Below are positions 28,565 to 38,323 of a stretch of DNA of 64,000 nucleotides, one piece after another. Position 1 is the stretch's first letter, and every line of letters begins with the position of its first letter. Origin of the DNA: Syntrophales bacterium (GTDB lineage Bacteria > Desulfobacterota > Syntrophia > Syntrophales > PHBD01); contig OY764159.1 of assembly GCA_963668175.1 (NCBI GenBank), forward strand, positions 2,240,001 to 2,304,000. The letters are read 5' to 3'. Both the position numbers and the translations under genes were made by a program. The notes beneath the pieces were generated by a model. The model was not told where the DNA came from and did not search any database. It saw only the letters and a list, made by a program, of their open reading frames with translations.

Positions 28565-29020
28565 TCAAACCTTCGCCACGGCGGCAACGAGCGTTTTGCC
28601 CATCTCGAAGCAGCGCTTCCGGGCCTCGTCGTCGATGGGGCGGCTGCAGGACACCGTTTCGCCCGTGCGCCTGAAAAAGCGGTCCGCGAAGGTTTCAAAG
28701 GGCTGCTTGGCGCGTCCGCCGCCCCCGTGAGACATGAACAGGGACGCGGGCTTCCCCTTGACGGGCTGCCCCGCCTGGTCCCACAGATAAAGATCGTCGA
28801 AGAAGGTCTTGATCGTGCCGGCGGGGTAGGAAAAATAATCCGGCGTGCCCAGCGCGAAGGCGTCCGCCCCAAGGACGTCTTCCAGCTTGACGCGGCAGAC
28901 GTTCGTGTCGATCAAGGTCACTTCGCCGCCCGCATCGCAGACGCCCGCGGCGACTTCCTCGGCCAGTATCTTTGTATTGCCGTACTGCTGGCTGTGATAG
29001 ACGATAAGGATGTTGGTCAT
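28565..29020 (-). CDS. Flavodoxin-family protein
   Basis: ILIVYHSQQYGNTKILA, GTPDYF, SHGGGG. Confidence 0.85.
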   Translation of the reverse strand: MTNILIVYHSQQYGNTKILAEEVAAGVCDAGGEVTLIDTNVCRVKLEDVLGADAFALGTPDYFSYPAGTIKTFFDDLYLWDQAGQPVKGKPASLFMSHGGGGRAKQPFETFADRFFRRTGETVSCSRPIDDEARKRCFEMGKTLVAAVAKV

Positions 29021-29154
29021 GAATAGCCCCCTGAATGCTTCACTCCCTGTTTTTTACCACTCTTTTTGTTGAGAGAGAAATACTTTTTCGGGGGGGTGTG
29101 ATCGCCGAAGATTTCGACGCAGCAAGGTACTGTATTTCCGAAGCACTTCACTTA

Positions 29155-29967
29155 TCAAGAACTGCGATAAGCATATTGCTGCAAATCTTCCGGCGTTATG
29201 CTCGATGCAGCGACTAATTGATAGTGCTTTTCGTCGATCACCCTGATTTCGCCTTGATTTACAGTAAGTTCGAACATAGCTATTCTGTCTTCGCTCATAA
29301 ACTGCGCCGATACGGCCCGGCAGATGAGATTGGGAAACTTTTCTGCACAGCATAGAACGTCCTGTTGCGTTTGAACTACGCCATGCATATCGCTGCCGCC
29401 TTTAGCTTGTACGGGAACGACGAATTGTCTTCCGTGTCGGTCTATGCCAACATAAATCTCGTCTATTTCGATTTGTCCGACAGCCTTTACTGTCGTCCTT
29501 AAATGATTCTGAAGCGAAAAAGCCGTAATTCCTAAGAATACGTCGACAAGTCTGTTATAGCGAACTTTTGCGAGTAGTGCTTGTTCGTCTCCTAGCGCAT
29601 AAGCAGAAATAATCTCGGGTGTTGCGTCGGGCACTTTTATCGCGAGTAATTCTTCGCGCGGAATAATGCGATTCAAATGCACCTGCTTGAATCTATAGCG
29701 TGCCCGGCCTGCGCCTTCGATAATCCATTCATAGCCTTCGGGGGCTGTTACCGCAATTTTCTCCGGCAACTCGTTACGGTAACGGAATGAATAAATCACA
29801 TCTCCCACGTTCTTCGGAAGAACGATCTTTAATTTTTTTGCTATCGATTCGAACTCGCCTCTAGTAAATTCGAAATCCGTTATATTTGTTTCGAAATGAT
29901 TAAAGAATACCTGGGTTATAATGGCTTGGTAACGATTGCGTTTTTTTTCGGCTTGCTTGTCAACCAT
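29155..29967 (-). CDS. Putative type II restriction endonuclease (PD-(D/E)xK-like)
   Basis: Overlaps the dcm stop; QIEIDEIY...VQAKG catalytic-like motif; lies in an AT-shifted island. Confidence 0.65.
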   Translation of the reverse strand: MVDKQAEKKRNRYQAIITQVFFNHFETNITDFEFTRGEFESIAKKLKIVLPKNVGDVIYSFRYRNELPEKIAVTAPEGYEWIIEGAGRARYRFKQVHLNRIIPREELLAIKVPDATPEIISAYALGDEQALLAKVRYNRLVDVFLGITAFSLQNHLRTTVKAVGQIEIDEIYVGIDRHGRQFVVPVQAKGGSDMHGVVQTQQDVLCCAEKFPNLICRAVSAQFMSEDRIAMFELTVNQGEIRVIDEKHYQLVAASSITPEDLQQYAYRSS

Positions 29968-31249
29968 ATGCCTCCTTCCACAGGTCCAGATTGGCTGAAT
30001 TTTTCCCGCGCGTGCGTTGCGGGATAGTATCGTGCGGGACTCCGAAATATCGCGCTGCACTACCCATATCGTAAGATAATAAGATTGGGTCGCCAAGATC
30101 AAGCATTGCTTGGGGCTTCTTTGGATTATATTCTAAAGCCTTAACGATTTGGTTTGCAACGGCGCGCGCTAGTAATGGCGGTACGCTATTCCCGATCTGT
30201 CGAAATCCATGCCACTTAGTGACGTGGAATCGGAACCAATCCGGATAAGAATGAAGACGTGCGGCTTCTCTTACGGTAATGACGCGCGGAAAAGAAGGAT
30301 GAATAGGCCGCGGCGACGTGAATGCACCGCGCGCGCTGTCCGTACCCGCACGTAGCGTATTGCAGAGACCGTCAGGTGGCAGTTTACGGAAATGGCTCAC
30401 GGGTTCTACCTTACCATGCGGTGTCGCCGAAAACCGTTTTATCGAGATTTCCGTGTGTGCTGTGCGAAGACTTGAGGTCAGTATATCGGTGTCGTATTTT
30501 CGTTTGTAAGCAAAATCGTAGGAATCGGGGACGAGACCTCTCAATTTTTTCGCATATGTTCCGTTCGACTCCCATTTTGTTCGAACTGCGTCCGATGAAA
30601 TCAATTCGGAAAAAAGATCGGCATCCGGTAAGTCCCCAATCGCATCCCAAACGGTTGTTTCTTGTTCGATTGCCTTTGGATATTTTGGTAATTTCATATC
30701 GTTTCTTGCGCCGATAACGAAAAGCCTTCGACGATCTTGCGGCACACCGAAATGTGCGGCGTTAAGAACCTGGTACGGCGACGTCACACGGTAACCGGCA
30801 TCGCATAGTGCTTCGATCAGTTCGTCTAGGAAAGTCGCATGTTTCCCCAGCATCAACCCTCTCACGTTTTCGAATACGAAATACTTCGGTTTCAATTCTG
30901 AAAGGATGCGAACATAGTGAAAAACTAACTGATTTCGTGGATCGTCTAGAGCTCTCTTGCCGATTAGAGAAAACCCTTGGCAAGGTGCACCGCCGAACAG
31001 AACATCTACTTCGGTATCGTCCAGGCCTGTTCTGCGGCGTATATCCGTACCAGTCATCTTTATAACATCGGCACAGATTGTCTTAGTGAGGGGAAAGTTG
31101 AATTTATGAGTTGCGCAGTGAATGGGATCTATTTCTACCGCTGCTGCAATGTCGAATCCCGCCTGCTCGAATCCGAGAGACATACCTCCGGCTCCGGCGA
31201 AAAGATCGATGCCGATAGGGCGATTCTTATTCTTTGTCGATGAAATCAT
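29960..31249 (-). CDS. dcm: DNA (cytosine-5)-methyltransferase
   Basis: DLFAGAGG, GGAPCQGFS, FENV, PQDRRR, RQIGNSVP. Confidence 0.97.
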   Translation of the reverse strand: MISSTKNKNRPIGIDLFAGAGGMSLGFEQAGFDIAAAVEIDPIHCATHKFNFPLTKTICADVIKMTGTDIRRRTGLDDTEVDVLFGGAPCQGFSLIGKRALDDPRNQLVFHYVRILSELKPKYFVFENVRGLMLGKHATFLDELIEALCDAGYRVTSPYQVLNAAHFGVPQDRRRLFVIGARNDMKLPKYPKAIEQETTVWDAIGDLPDADLFSELISSDAVRTKWESNGTYAKKLRGLVPDSYDFAYKRKYDTDILTSSLRTAHTEISIKRFSATPHGKVEPVSHFRKLPPDGLCNTLRAGTDSARGAFTSPRPIHPSFPRVITVREAARLHSYPDWFRFHVTKWHGFRQIGNSVPPLLARAVANQIVKALEYNPKKPQAMLDLGDPILLSYDMGSAARYFGVPHDTIPQRTRGKNSANLDLWKEAYG

Positions 31250-31637
31250 TTATTTTTTTCTTTAATTTTTCGATGTCCTTTAGTTCGCATTGCCATATCG
31301 TGAGAGATTTCCAATCGTTCTCTGCCAGCGATTCTATATTTCTTTTATCTCTTTCTTTATTTTTCGAGATCTTTTCTCGCCAGTAACGAACACGCGATTT
31401 CGGAAGTCGTCCATATCTGCAGTCTATGTGTCCATGCCAAAAACAGCCGTTTATAAAGATGACTTTTCGGCGACCTCGAAATACCAAATCCGGTTTTCCC
31501 GGTAAACTTTTGTCGTGTAATCTATAGCGATATCCCATGCCGAAAATTAGACGACGTATGGCGACTTCCGTGGTCGTGTTTTTCGGCATCACATGGCTCA
31601 TCAGCCAACTGCGCCGTTCCTTGCTTAGCCTGTCCAC
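31227..31637 (-). CDS. vsr: Very-short-patch repair endonuclease
   Basis: RSWLMS, LPGKPDLVF, INGCFWHGH, WQCE. Confidence 0.95.
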   Translation of the reverse strand: MDRLSKERRSWLMSHVMPKNTTTEVAIRRLIFGMGYRYRLHDKSLPGKPDLVFRGRRKVIFINGCFWHGHIDCRYGRLPKSRVRYWREKISKNKERDKRNIESLAENDWKSLTIWQCELKDIEKLKKKINDFIDKE

Positions 31638-31843
31638 TTATTGCCTTATATTGGAAACCCACTTTCCATTTCGGCCAGGAAAGATCGATAAGAGGCTTCT
31701 TATTTTGCGATTTTCATAGTTCTTGTGAAGTGTCGAAAGAATCTACATCTTTCCATGCCGCCTGTCAAATGTCGTTTGAAGAAATGCAGCAAACGAAATT
31801 ATTAATCATAGGTTATTTGCATACGAATTCTTTGCTCCAAGAT

Positions 31844-32395
31844 TCAGCCCTTCCCGATGGCCTTCCCCGAAAAGCCGGTGACGGTTTGCGCCTTGTATTT
31901 TCCCACGCGTTCCCTGTAGATGCGGACGGCGTTTTCGTTCCCCCTGATCTCCTCGTCGGTCAGGTCCCGGATGCGCTTGGCGGGGACGCCCAGGATCAGG
32001 GAGCGGGGAGGAAACTTCGCGCGGTAGGGGACGAGGGCGTTGGCCCCGACGATGCTGTATTCCCCGATCTCGGCGTAGGTCATTACGGTGGCGTTCATCC
32101 CGATCAGGGAGCCGCGGCCGATCCTGCACGACCGGACGACGGCGCAGTTGCCTATCGTGACCTCGTCGCCGATGACCGCTTCCGTGTCCGCGCCGCTGTG
32201 CACGACGGCGTTGTCCTGGATGTTGACGTCCTTCCCGATGACGATCTTCCCTGCGTCTCCCCGGACGACGGCGTTGAACCAGACGCTCGACCCCGCCCCG
32301 ATCTCCACGTCGCCGAAGATGCGCGCACCCTCGGCAACGAAGACGGATTCGTCGACTGCCGGCTTCAGGATATTCTTGTTGTCCCCGTTCGGCAT
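31844..32395 (-). CDS. Gamma carbonic anhydrase-family (YrdA-like) hexapeptide protein
   Basis: GDVEIG..SVWFNAVVRGD, NIQDNAVVH, GVPAKRIR. Confidence 0.88.
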   Translation of the reverse strand: MPNGDNKNILKPAVDESVFVAEGARIFGDVEIGAGSSVWFNAVVRGDAGKIVIGKDVNIQDNAVVHSGADTEAVIGDEVTIGNCAVVRSCRIGRGSLIGMNATVMTYAEIGEYSIVGANALVPYRAKFPPRSLILGVPAKRIRDLTDEEIRGNENAVRIYRERVGKYKAQTVTGFSGKAIGKG

Positions 32396-33028
32396 CGTTT
32401 CTTCTCCTCGCAATACTCGCGGACGGCAGGCGGGAATTCGCCCGCCCGGCCCGGATTCTTCGCATCGCGGGCGTTACGGGAATATGCGCCCGAAACCCTT
32501 CGCTTCCGTTGCGGCGTCCGGCGCTTTCCGGGGAAGCTTTGCGCCGCGGGGGCCTCCCCGGCCGGTGCGCCCTCAGAGCGGTACGTATCGGAAACACGGC
32601 AGGGTGTCAAGCGGTCATCGGCAGGCATGGGAAAGGTAAAATCGCCCTTTCCGGAATCACGATACGAGGCCTGGCCGGGAAAAGCAGGCCGCCCGGTTCA
32701 TGACGGAAAGGTTGCCGGTGCGGTAGAATCGGGTTGCAGAGACAGTGAGTCGGGTATCGTCTGCGGCCCCTCATCTTCATGCAGGGGGTACGTGATTACA
32801 GGGATATTTACTCTTGAATCTCTCCCGCGAACGAAATGAGGCGCCCGCTCTTGTTTGTCCGTTTCCCTTGGGCGTCGACGATGTGCCCGCATCTTTTGAA
32901 ACAGAGCGTAAAGCCATTCAATTTGACGCGGGCTATCTGTTTGCAGGCCGGGCAAATACATTTTTCCGTCCCGCATGCAGATCGTTTCCGCTTTTCCTGC
33001 TTTATCGAAATCGCCCTCCTGTATGCCG

Positions 33029-33214
33029 TTAAAATTGGCCGCCGTTAAGAATTCGGATGGATATTGCGATCCCCGTAATTGCGAGCATGGCGCCTAGAAA
33101 GGAAAGGCCGATTTTTTCCAAGCCGATGATCGAAGGGCCGAGGACAGTGAAAAGTAATAACCCGATCCCGGCGACCCCAATTCCGATGAAGATAGCAGCC
33201 ATGATGTATTTCAT
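33029..33214 (-). CDS. Small two-TM membrane protein
   Basis: 61 aa with two hydrophobic helices; G-rich RBS. Confidence 0.45.
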   Translation of the reverse strand: MKYIMAAIFIGIGVAGIGLLLFTVLGPSIIGLEKIGLSFLGAMLAITGIAISIRILNGGQF

Positions 33215-33590
33215 AAGCCCCCCAACTAAACCGTTATTATATAAACATACCGGTATAAAGTGTGAAATTCAAGTGCGAATAATATATTTATATGATGATA
33301 TTTTTAATACTGCCGAAATGCTCCGGACGGGATCGCGGGCTATGCAGCATGTTGCATTTCCTCGAAAACTGCCGCCCTGTCTAAATACCTTTGGTGTGAT
33401 GAGGCGCTGCCCGTCCGACGTTCTTTGTTTTTACGGCATAATTCAACGTCGGGATTCGCTGTCCCCAAAATACATGCTGCAAGTCGTTGATAGGATTGAT
33501 TACAGAAAATGAATGGGGGCAATCCCTCCTATTGCCCCCTAACTCAGGCCCCCATAATGAGTGCTCTCAGGGTAAGATAAGTGCGGTGTA

Positions 33591-33962
33591 TCACGGCGAC
33601 GAGGTGATGACGCCCATGGCATCGATGGTGAATGTCTTCGGGCCGTCCGCATGTTTCGTGGAAATCGCGCCCGTCGTCTGCTTGATCGTCGTCGTCACGT
33701 CGACGTCTGCTGTCTGTCTGAAGCCGTAGGATTTCAGATTATCCAGGGTCGGCTGGCCGTCCGGAAAGTCGGTGAAATATGTCTGCGCAGCTGTATAGGC
33801 GCTCTTGACGTCTGCGTTGGCCCTCGCGTTATAACCCCTCTGCCTGTAGGCCGTGAACTGCGGAATTGCGATGGCTGCCAGGATGCCGATAATGGCGATG
33901 ACGATCATGAGTTCGATCAGCGTGAAACCCTTCTCCCCCCTTTTTCGAAATGATTCCATCAT
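33591..33962 (-). CDS. pilA: Type IVa major pilin
   Basis: Prepilin site [26 protein letters not shown]; 111-aa mature protein. Confidence 0.95.
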   Translation of the reverse strand: MMESFRKRGEKGFTLIELMIVIAIIGILAAIAIPQFTAYRQRGYNARANADVKSAYTAAQTYFTDFPDGQPTLDNLKSYGFRQTADVDVTTTIKQTTGAISTKHADGPKTFTIDAMGVITSSP

Positions 33963-34066
33963 TTGTTTTCCTCCCTGTTCGTCCCTCAATCTCTCAATGG
34001 TTATCAAACAGCGAAACCGTGCTGTGCGGAATTCCTTAAGGGTTTTCGCCGCTACCCCTGCCTGTA

Positions 34067-34082
34067 CGCAACCGGCGTGCCA
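34067..34082 (-). promoter_or_regulatory. sigma54 promoter of pilA
   Basis: Minus strand TGGCACGCCGGTTGCG matches the TGGCAC-N5-TTGC consensus. Confidence 0.9.
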
Positions 34083-34342
34083 GGATGCCGTTTGTAGACA
34101 TATTTTCCTGCTGTTGCCCTATGGACAAGCCTTTCGGCCTCTTTGCCCCGAACGGCGCGGTTATGATCGGCATTGCGGGCCGACCGTTTTCCGGTGATTT
34201 TCACCAATGGACGTTTTTTTCACGATTTTGATAAGATTTCAAGATATTTTGCTTTAGCAGGCCGAATCCGCGCCGCTTCCGGGCGGAGCCGCGGGGAAGA
34301 GGGGAAGAGGGGGCGGCCCGCGCGGCGCAGGCCGGACAAATC

Positions 34343-34786
34343 TCAGGAATCCCGGGCCTGCATCTTCTGCAGATCGAAATCGGACGCGTAGCGGAACAGG
34401 AGGAAATAGAACCGCCGCGAAAGCCGGATGCCGTTAATGGGCTGCGTGTTGCCGAACTGGTCCATGATAAGGTGGAGGCCGATGCCGATGGCAAGCCCCG
34501 TCATGATATCGTTCGGAAAACAGAAGGCGAGAAGGAGAAGGATGGCGTAGAATTCGTATGCGTGGAAGACGACGACGATGCGCTTCCACCGGATATCGTT
34601 GAACCAGGAGAAGAAGTTCCGGACGGTATGCTTTTCTTTCGCGAGGATCAGGTAATCGAGGACATGGTCGAGGTCGATGAGAACGCCTCCCAGGAAGAGC
34701 GCCGCGGCCGTCTGCGGCGATCCCGCGATTTCATACGCCGCCGCCCCCGCCGCGGCCGACGCGACGATGTGACTGGTTGTTTTCAT
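34343..34786 (-). CDS. Membrane protein, possible metal-dependent hydrolase
   Basis: H..., LIDLDH, FHAYE and LHLIMD motifs in a hydrophobic context. Confidence 0.65.
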   Translation of the reverse strand: MKTTSHIVASAAAGAAAYEIAGSPQTAAALFLGGVLIDLDHVLDYLILAKEKHTVRNFFSWFNDIRWKRIVVVFHAYEFYAILLLLAFCFPNDIMTGLAIGIGLHLIMDQFGNTQPINGIRLSRRFYFLLFRYASDFDLQKMQARDS

Positions 34787-34843
34787 GGTGCAGGAAAGTC
34801 CGTTATATTCATTTTGCCGGAAAAGGGAACCGGCTGTCTTCTT

Positions 34844-35242
34844 TCACCTGATCGCCATCGGCACGTAGACGAGATGGAGTGCGACGCTTGCGGCGAGCCC
34901 GACGAGGGCCGTCCAGAAATAGATTTTAACGAACGAATGAACGTTCCTCATCGGCTTCGACAAAAGCGCCAGTATGGAAAGCAAAAGGGGAAGCGGCACC
35001 GAAAAGACGGCGAAGAGCCCCAGGCCGTAGCCGATCCTGATGACGAGCGCCGGGGGCGGCACACTCGCAATCCGGATGAGGGCCTGCGGCACGAATACCA
35101 TGCCGGCGAGGATTTGCAGGACAAAAATGGCAGTCAGCCCCAACGCATAGGGCCTCACCGCAGGGCGCACGGCATGCGCCCGGGCATTCTTGAACTCGGT
35201 TACAAAAGGGTCCTGCGGCGTATCGCGTTTGTCCGCAATCAT
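34844..35242 (-). CDS. Hypothetical membrane protein
   Basis: Three hydrophobic segments; co-directional with neighbours. Confidence 0.55.
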   Translation of the reverse strand: MIADKRDTPQDPFVTEFKNARAHAVRPAVRPYALGLTAIFVLQILAGMVFVPQALIRIASVPPPALVIRIGYGLGLFAVFSVPLPLLLSILALLSKPMRNVHSFVKIYFWTALVGLAASVALHLVYVPMAIR

Positions 35243-35326
35243 TCGCTACCCCCCTGTCAAATCTATCCGGTGCGACTTCGCATCGCGTCCGATACCGCCG
35301 GAACTTGCCGTTTAGCCAACCTCCCC

Positions 35327-37006
35327 CTAGCGCTTCCGGACCTTTTCCTTGATGCGCTGGACGTGGCCGCGGCCGAGCCCCTTGACCTCGCAGCCAAGCT
35401 CGAAGTAGCGCTCGATCTGGCTGTCGTCGAGCATGCCGAAGCAGTCCACGACGGCCACGGGCCGGCCGGTCATCTTGACGATCTTGTCGGCGTCGAGCGC
35501 AAGATAAGGCTCGTGACGGACCGCCAGGACCACGGCGTCGGCGCCCTTCAGGGCCTTCTTGATATCCGGCTCGATCCGCAGTTCCGTGAGGTTCTCCTGG
35601 TTGCGGAAGAAGCGCGACCACGAGTGGCCGGGGGCGGGGTAGGTCTCCTGCTTTTCCAGTTCCCACCAGTGCTTCACGTAGGGGTCGTGGACGCCGATCT
35701 CCGCGCCCATTTCGGCCAGCTTCCGGACCATCGCCTCGGAGCCGCTGTAGCGCGTGTCGCCCACGTCCTCGCGGTAGGAGGCGCCAAGGATGACGACCTT
35801 CGAGGCGGCCACGATCCGGCCCATGTTGCGCAGGGCGTCGCGGACAAGCTCCACGGCGTGGAGGGCCCGCGTGTCGTTGATGTCGGTTGCGAGCGGCGTG
35901 ATCTTGAAGATGTCGTCGTCGAAGCCCATGAGGGTCTGGTACGCCCAGACGCCGAGTCCCCCGTCCTTGGGCAGGCAGTAGCCGCCGATCCCCGGTCCGG
36001 GGAAGATCATGTTGCTGTGGGTGGGGCGCATTTTAATGGCCTTGATGACCTTGATGAGGTCCACGCCGTTGCGCTCGGCAAAGGTGCTCCACTCATGCAG
36101 GAAGGCGAGGATGGTCGCCCGGTAGGAGTTCTCCACGATCTTGCAGGTCTCGCTCTCGATGGGGCGGTCGAGGACCGTGAGGGGGAATTTCTCCGTGTTC
36201 AGGATCTCCGTGAGGAATTTCCGGACGCGCTTGCGGGCCGTCTCGTTGATCCCGCTGCACACCCGCCAGAAGTCGCGGATGGAGGAGACATACTCCCGCC
36301 CCGGCATGACCCGCTCGTACGAGTGGGACAGAAGCGGCTCCGTCTTGATGCCGCGCTTCTCGAAGATCTTCTTCATGATCGGGTAGGCGACATATTCCGT
36401 CGTCCCCGGCGGGACGGTCGTTTCGATGAGGACGAGGCAGTCGGGGCCTATCCGTTCGCCGATGATTTTCAGGCTTTCTTCGAGGGCGGCGATCTCCGCG
36501 CGGCCCCTTCGGCAGTTCCCCAGCTCTTCTTTGAAGTAGTCGCACTGGACGTCCACGACGACCACGTCGGCGAGAGTCAGGGCGTCGTAGGTGAAGGTGG
36601 CGATCAGGGTCTTCTTATCCTTTACGCAGCGGGAAATAAGAGGGGCGACCTCGGGGTCTTCCGATTCGACGGGGGCCACGCCGCGGTTGAGATACGGGAT
36701 TTTCCAGAATGAGCGCGGCGACGGGCGCTGCATGCCGATGACGAATTTGTTGGGTTTGCCGGTCTTCTTGTCGGTGGAGTCGGCCACGACGCCGGCCATG
36801 ACCGCGCCGACGAAGCCGACGCCCATGACGACGACGATCTCGCGCCCGGCCTTGCGCTGGGCGGCGACGAGGGTTTTCAGACGTGCCAGTTCCCTGGCGT
36901 AATCGCCGGGAGCGGGAAGCGGAAAGGCCTCGCCGTTGGGCGATACGGATACGGCGGTTTCGTTATTAGCGGGTTTCTTGGCGACGACAGTCTTCTTTGC
37001 AGGCAT
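35327..37006 (-). CDS. Nucleotide-sugar dehydrogenase (UDP-glucose/GDP-mannose dehydrogenase family)
   Basis: GVGFVG, ETTVPPGTT, ERVMPG, KIVENSYR, GPGIGGYCLPKD. Confidence 0.92.
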   Translation of the reverse strand: MPAKKTVVAKKPANNETAVSVSPNGEAFPLPAPGDYARELARLKTLVAAQRKAGREIVVVMGVGFVGAVMAGVVADSTDKKTGKPNKFVIGMQRPSPRSFWKIPYLNRGVAPVESEDPEVAPLISRCVKDKKTLIATFTYDALTLADVVVVDVQCDYFKEELGNCRRGRAEIAALEESLKIIGERIGPDCLVLIETTVPPGTTEYVAYPIMKKIFEKRGIKTEPLLSHSYERVMPGREYVSSIRDFWRVCSGINETARKRVRKFLTEILNTEKFPLTVLDRPIESETCKIVENSYRATILAFLHEWSTFAERNGVDLIKVIKAIKMRPTHSNMIFPGPGIGGYCLPKDGGLGVWAYQTLMGFDDDIFKITPLATDINDTRALHAVELVRDALRNMGRIVAASKVVILGASYREDVGDTRYSGSEAMVRKLAEMGAEIGVHDPYVKHWWELEKQETYPAPGHSWSRFFRNQENLTELRIEPDIKKALKGADAVVLAVRHEPYLALDADKIVKMTGRPVAVVDCFGMLDDSQIERYFELGCEVKGLGRGHVQRIKEKVRKR

Positions 37007-37139
37007 GGGCGTACCTCTCCTTCGTTTGCGTGATGGGTGAAGGTAACAGGAAACGCCGGCGAAAAAAAGCGGTTTTTTGCATCCGCGGGCGGAAGGACGT
37101 CTGCGGGTCGATGCCGTTCCGTCGCGGCCGGTAATTCTT

Positions 37140-37853
37140 CTATTTTTCGTCTATCTCTTCGTAGATGTCCGGATAGAGTCTTTTCCCGCAATCGGGGCAG
37201 ATGCTGTGGCTGAAATCGGCCCCGGAGTGATCTCTTATGTACGTTTCGATATGGGTCCAGCAGCCGCTGTCGTCGCGGATCTTCTTGCAGTACGTACAGA
37301 TGGGCAGAAGACCCTGGAGCATCTTCACCTCGCCGATGCAGCGGTTCAACTCCTCGTTCTTGTCGCTCAATTCGTCCAGGGCGATCACGAGGACCAGGTG
37401 GGCCTCGATGGCTTCCTTGAAGGTCCTGAGAAGTTTCTCGGCATGGGGTCCCCATCGGTTTTCCCTCGTGTCGACAGCGCAGATGGTTCCGAAGACTTCG
37501 CCGTCGGGCCAGAAAATGGGATAGCCCAGGTAGGCGAAGATGCCGGCCTGTGCCGTCGGCGATTCGGCCCATTCGGGATCTTTCCGGGCGTCTTCGATCT
37601 GAAGCTTGATCCTCTTCTCGGCCGCTTCCGCGCAATAAACGCCGAGCATCGGCATCCGGGTTCCGGCGGGGAAGGGGTTGTCGGCGTTCAGGCTCGAACG
37701 GAAGACCTCCAACTCGGGCGGTTCCAGGCGGTTGATCATGACGCTCGGCACTTCGAGCAGGTCGGCAAGCGTGTCCACAACCCGCTGCCATATCGCGACG
37801 ACTTGGGCGGGTATGGCTGTATCGACGGTTTTTCGTTCCCGTTTGGCCTCCAT
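37140..37853 (-). CDS. GAF-domain protein with C-terminal Cys/His motif domain
   Basis: YLGYPIFWPDGEVFGTICAVD; LLPICTYCKKIRDD..FSHSICPDC. Confidence 0.85.
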   Translation of the reverse strand: MEAKRERKTVDTAIPAQVVAIWQRVVDTLADLLEVPSVMINRLEPPELEVFRSSLNADNPFPAGTRMPMLGVYCAEAAEKRIKLQIEDARKDPEWAESPTAQAGIFAYLGYPIFWPDGEVFGTICAVDTRENRWGPHAEKLLRTFKEAIEAHLVLVIALDELSDKNEELNRCIGEVKMLQGLLPICTYCKKIRDDSGCWTHIETYIRDHSGADFSHSICPDCGKRLYPDIYEEIDEK

Positions 37854-38323
37854 CTATTCGGTATCCCCTTTCCTGGCAACAGATTTAAAGGCAACAATCG
37901 GCGGGCGACTCAAGGATGCAGCCGCGGACTCTCCCCTCCTGTCCATCCGCCGCGTCGCAACGATGCGGCGCCCGGCCCGCGAAAGACACGCCGGCGGCGC
38001 AACGGAAATACGGACGATAGACTTCGATATGTTCCTATTTTGCTTATAAGGTTTATATTCTCGTATTTACAGCTACTTTATTTTACAACATACTATATTG
38101 CATGGTGAAAAGCAACCACTGTTCATACATATGTCTAAAATGACATATCTATTTTTCCCGCGCCACGGAACCGGGATGCCGGTTGCTCCCGTCCGGGGAG
38201 GCGGGGAATTTTGTGCCCGTGCCGCCATCCGGACGGCGCCGCGTGTTTTAAATTGGGACGACGCCCGGCGCACCGGCTTGGGCGAAAGGTTATGGCGAAT
38301 ACGGGCGACGCGATCGGCCGGGA

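Noticed and set aside
33340..33545. Possible remnant of a REP-associated transposase plus hairpin downstream of pilA
   Set aside because: The resemblance is too weak; no HUH motif or continuous frame.
34472..36712. 746-aa plus-strand ORF (similar cases at 38612-40525, 54270-55727, 25557-26828)
   Set aside because: Antisense to well-supported genes and with no recognisable domain.
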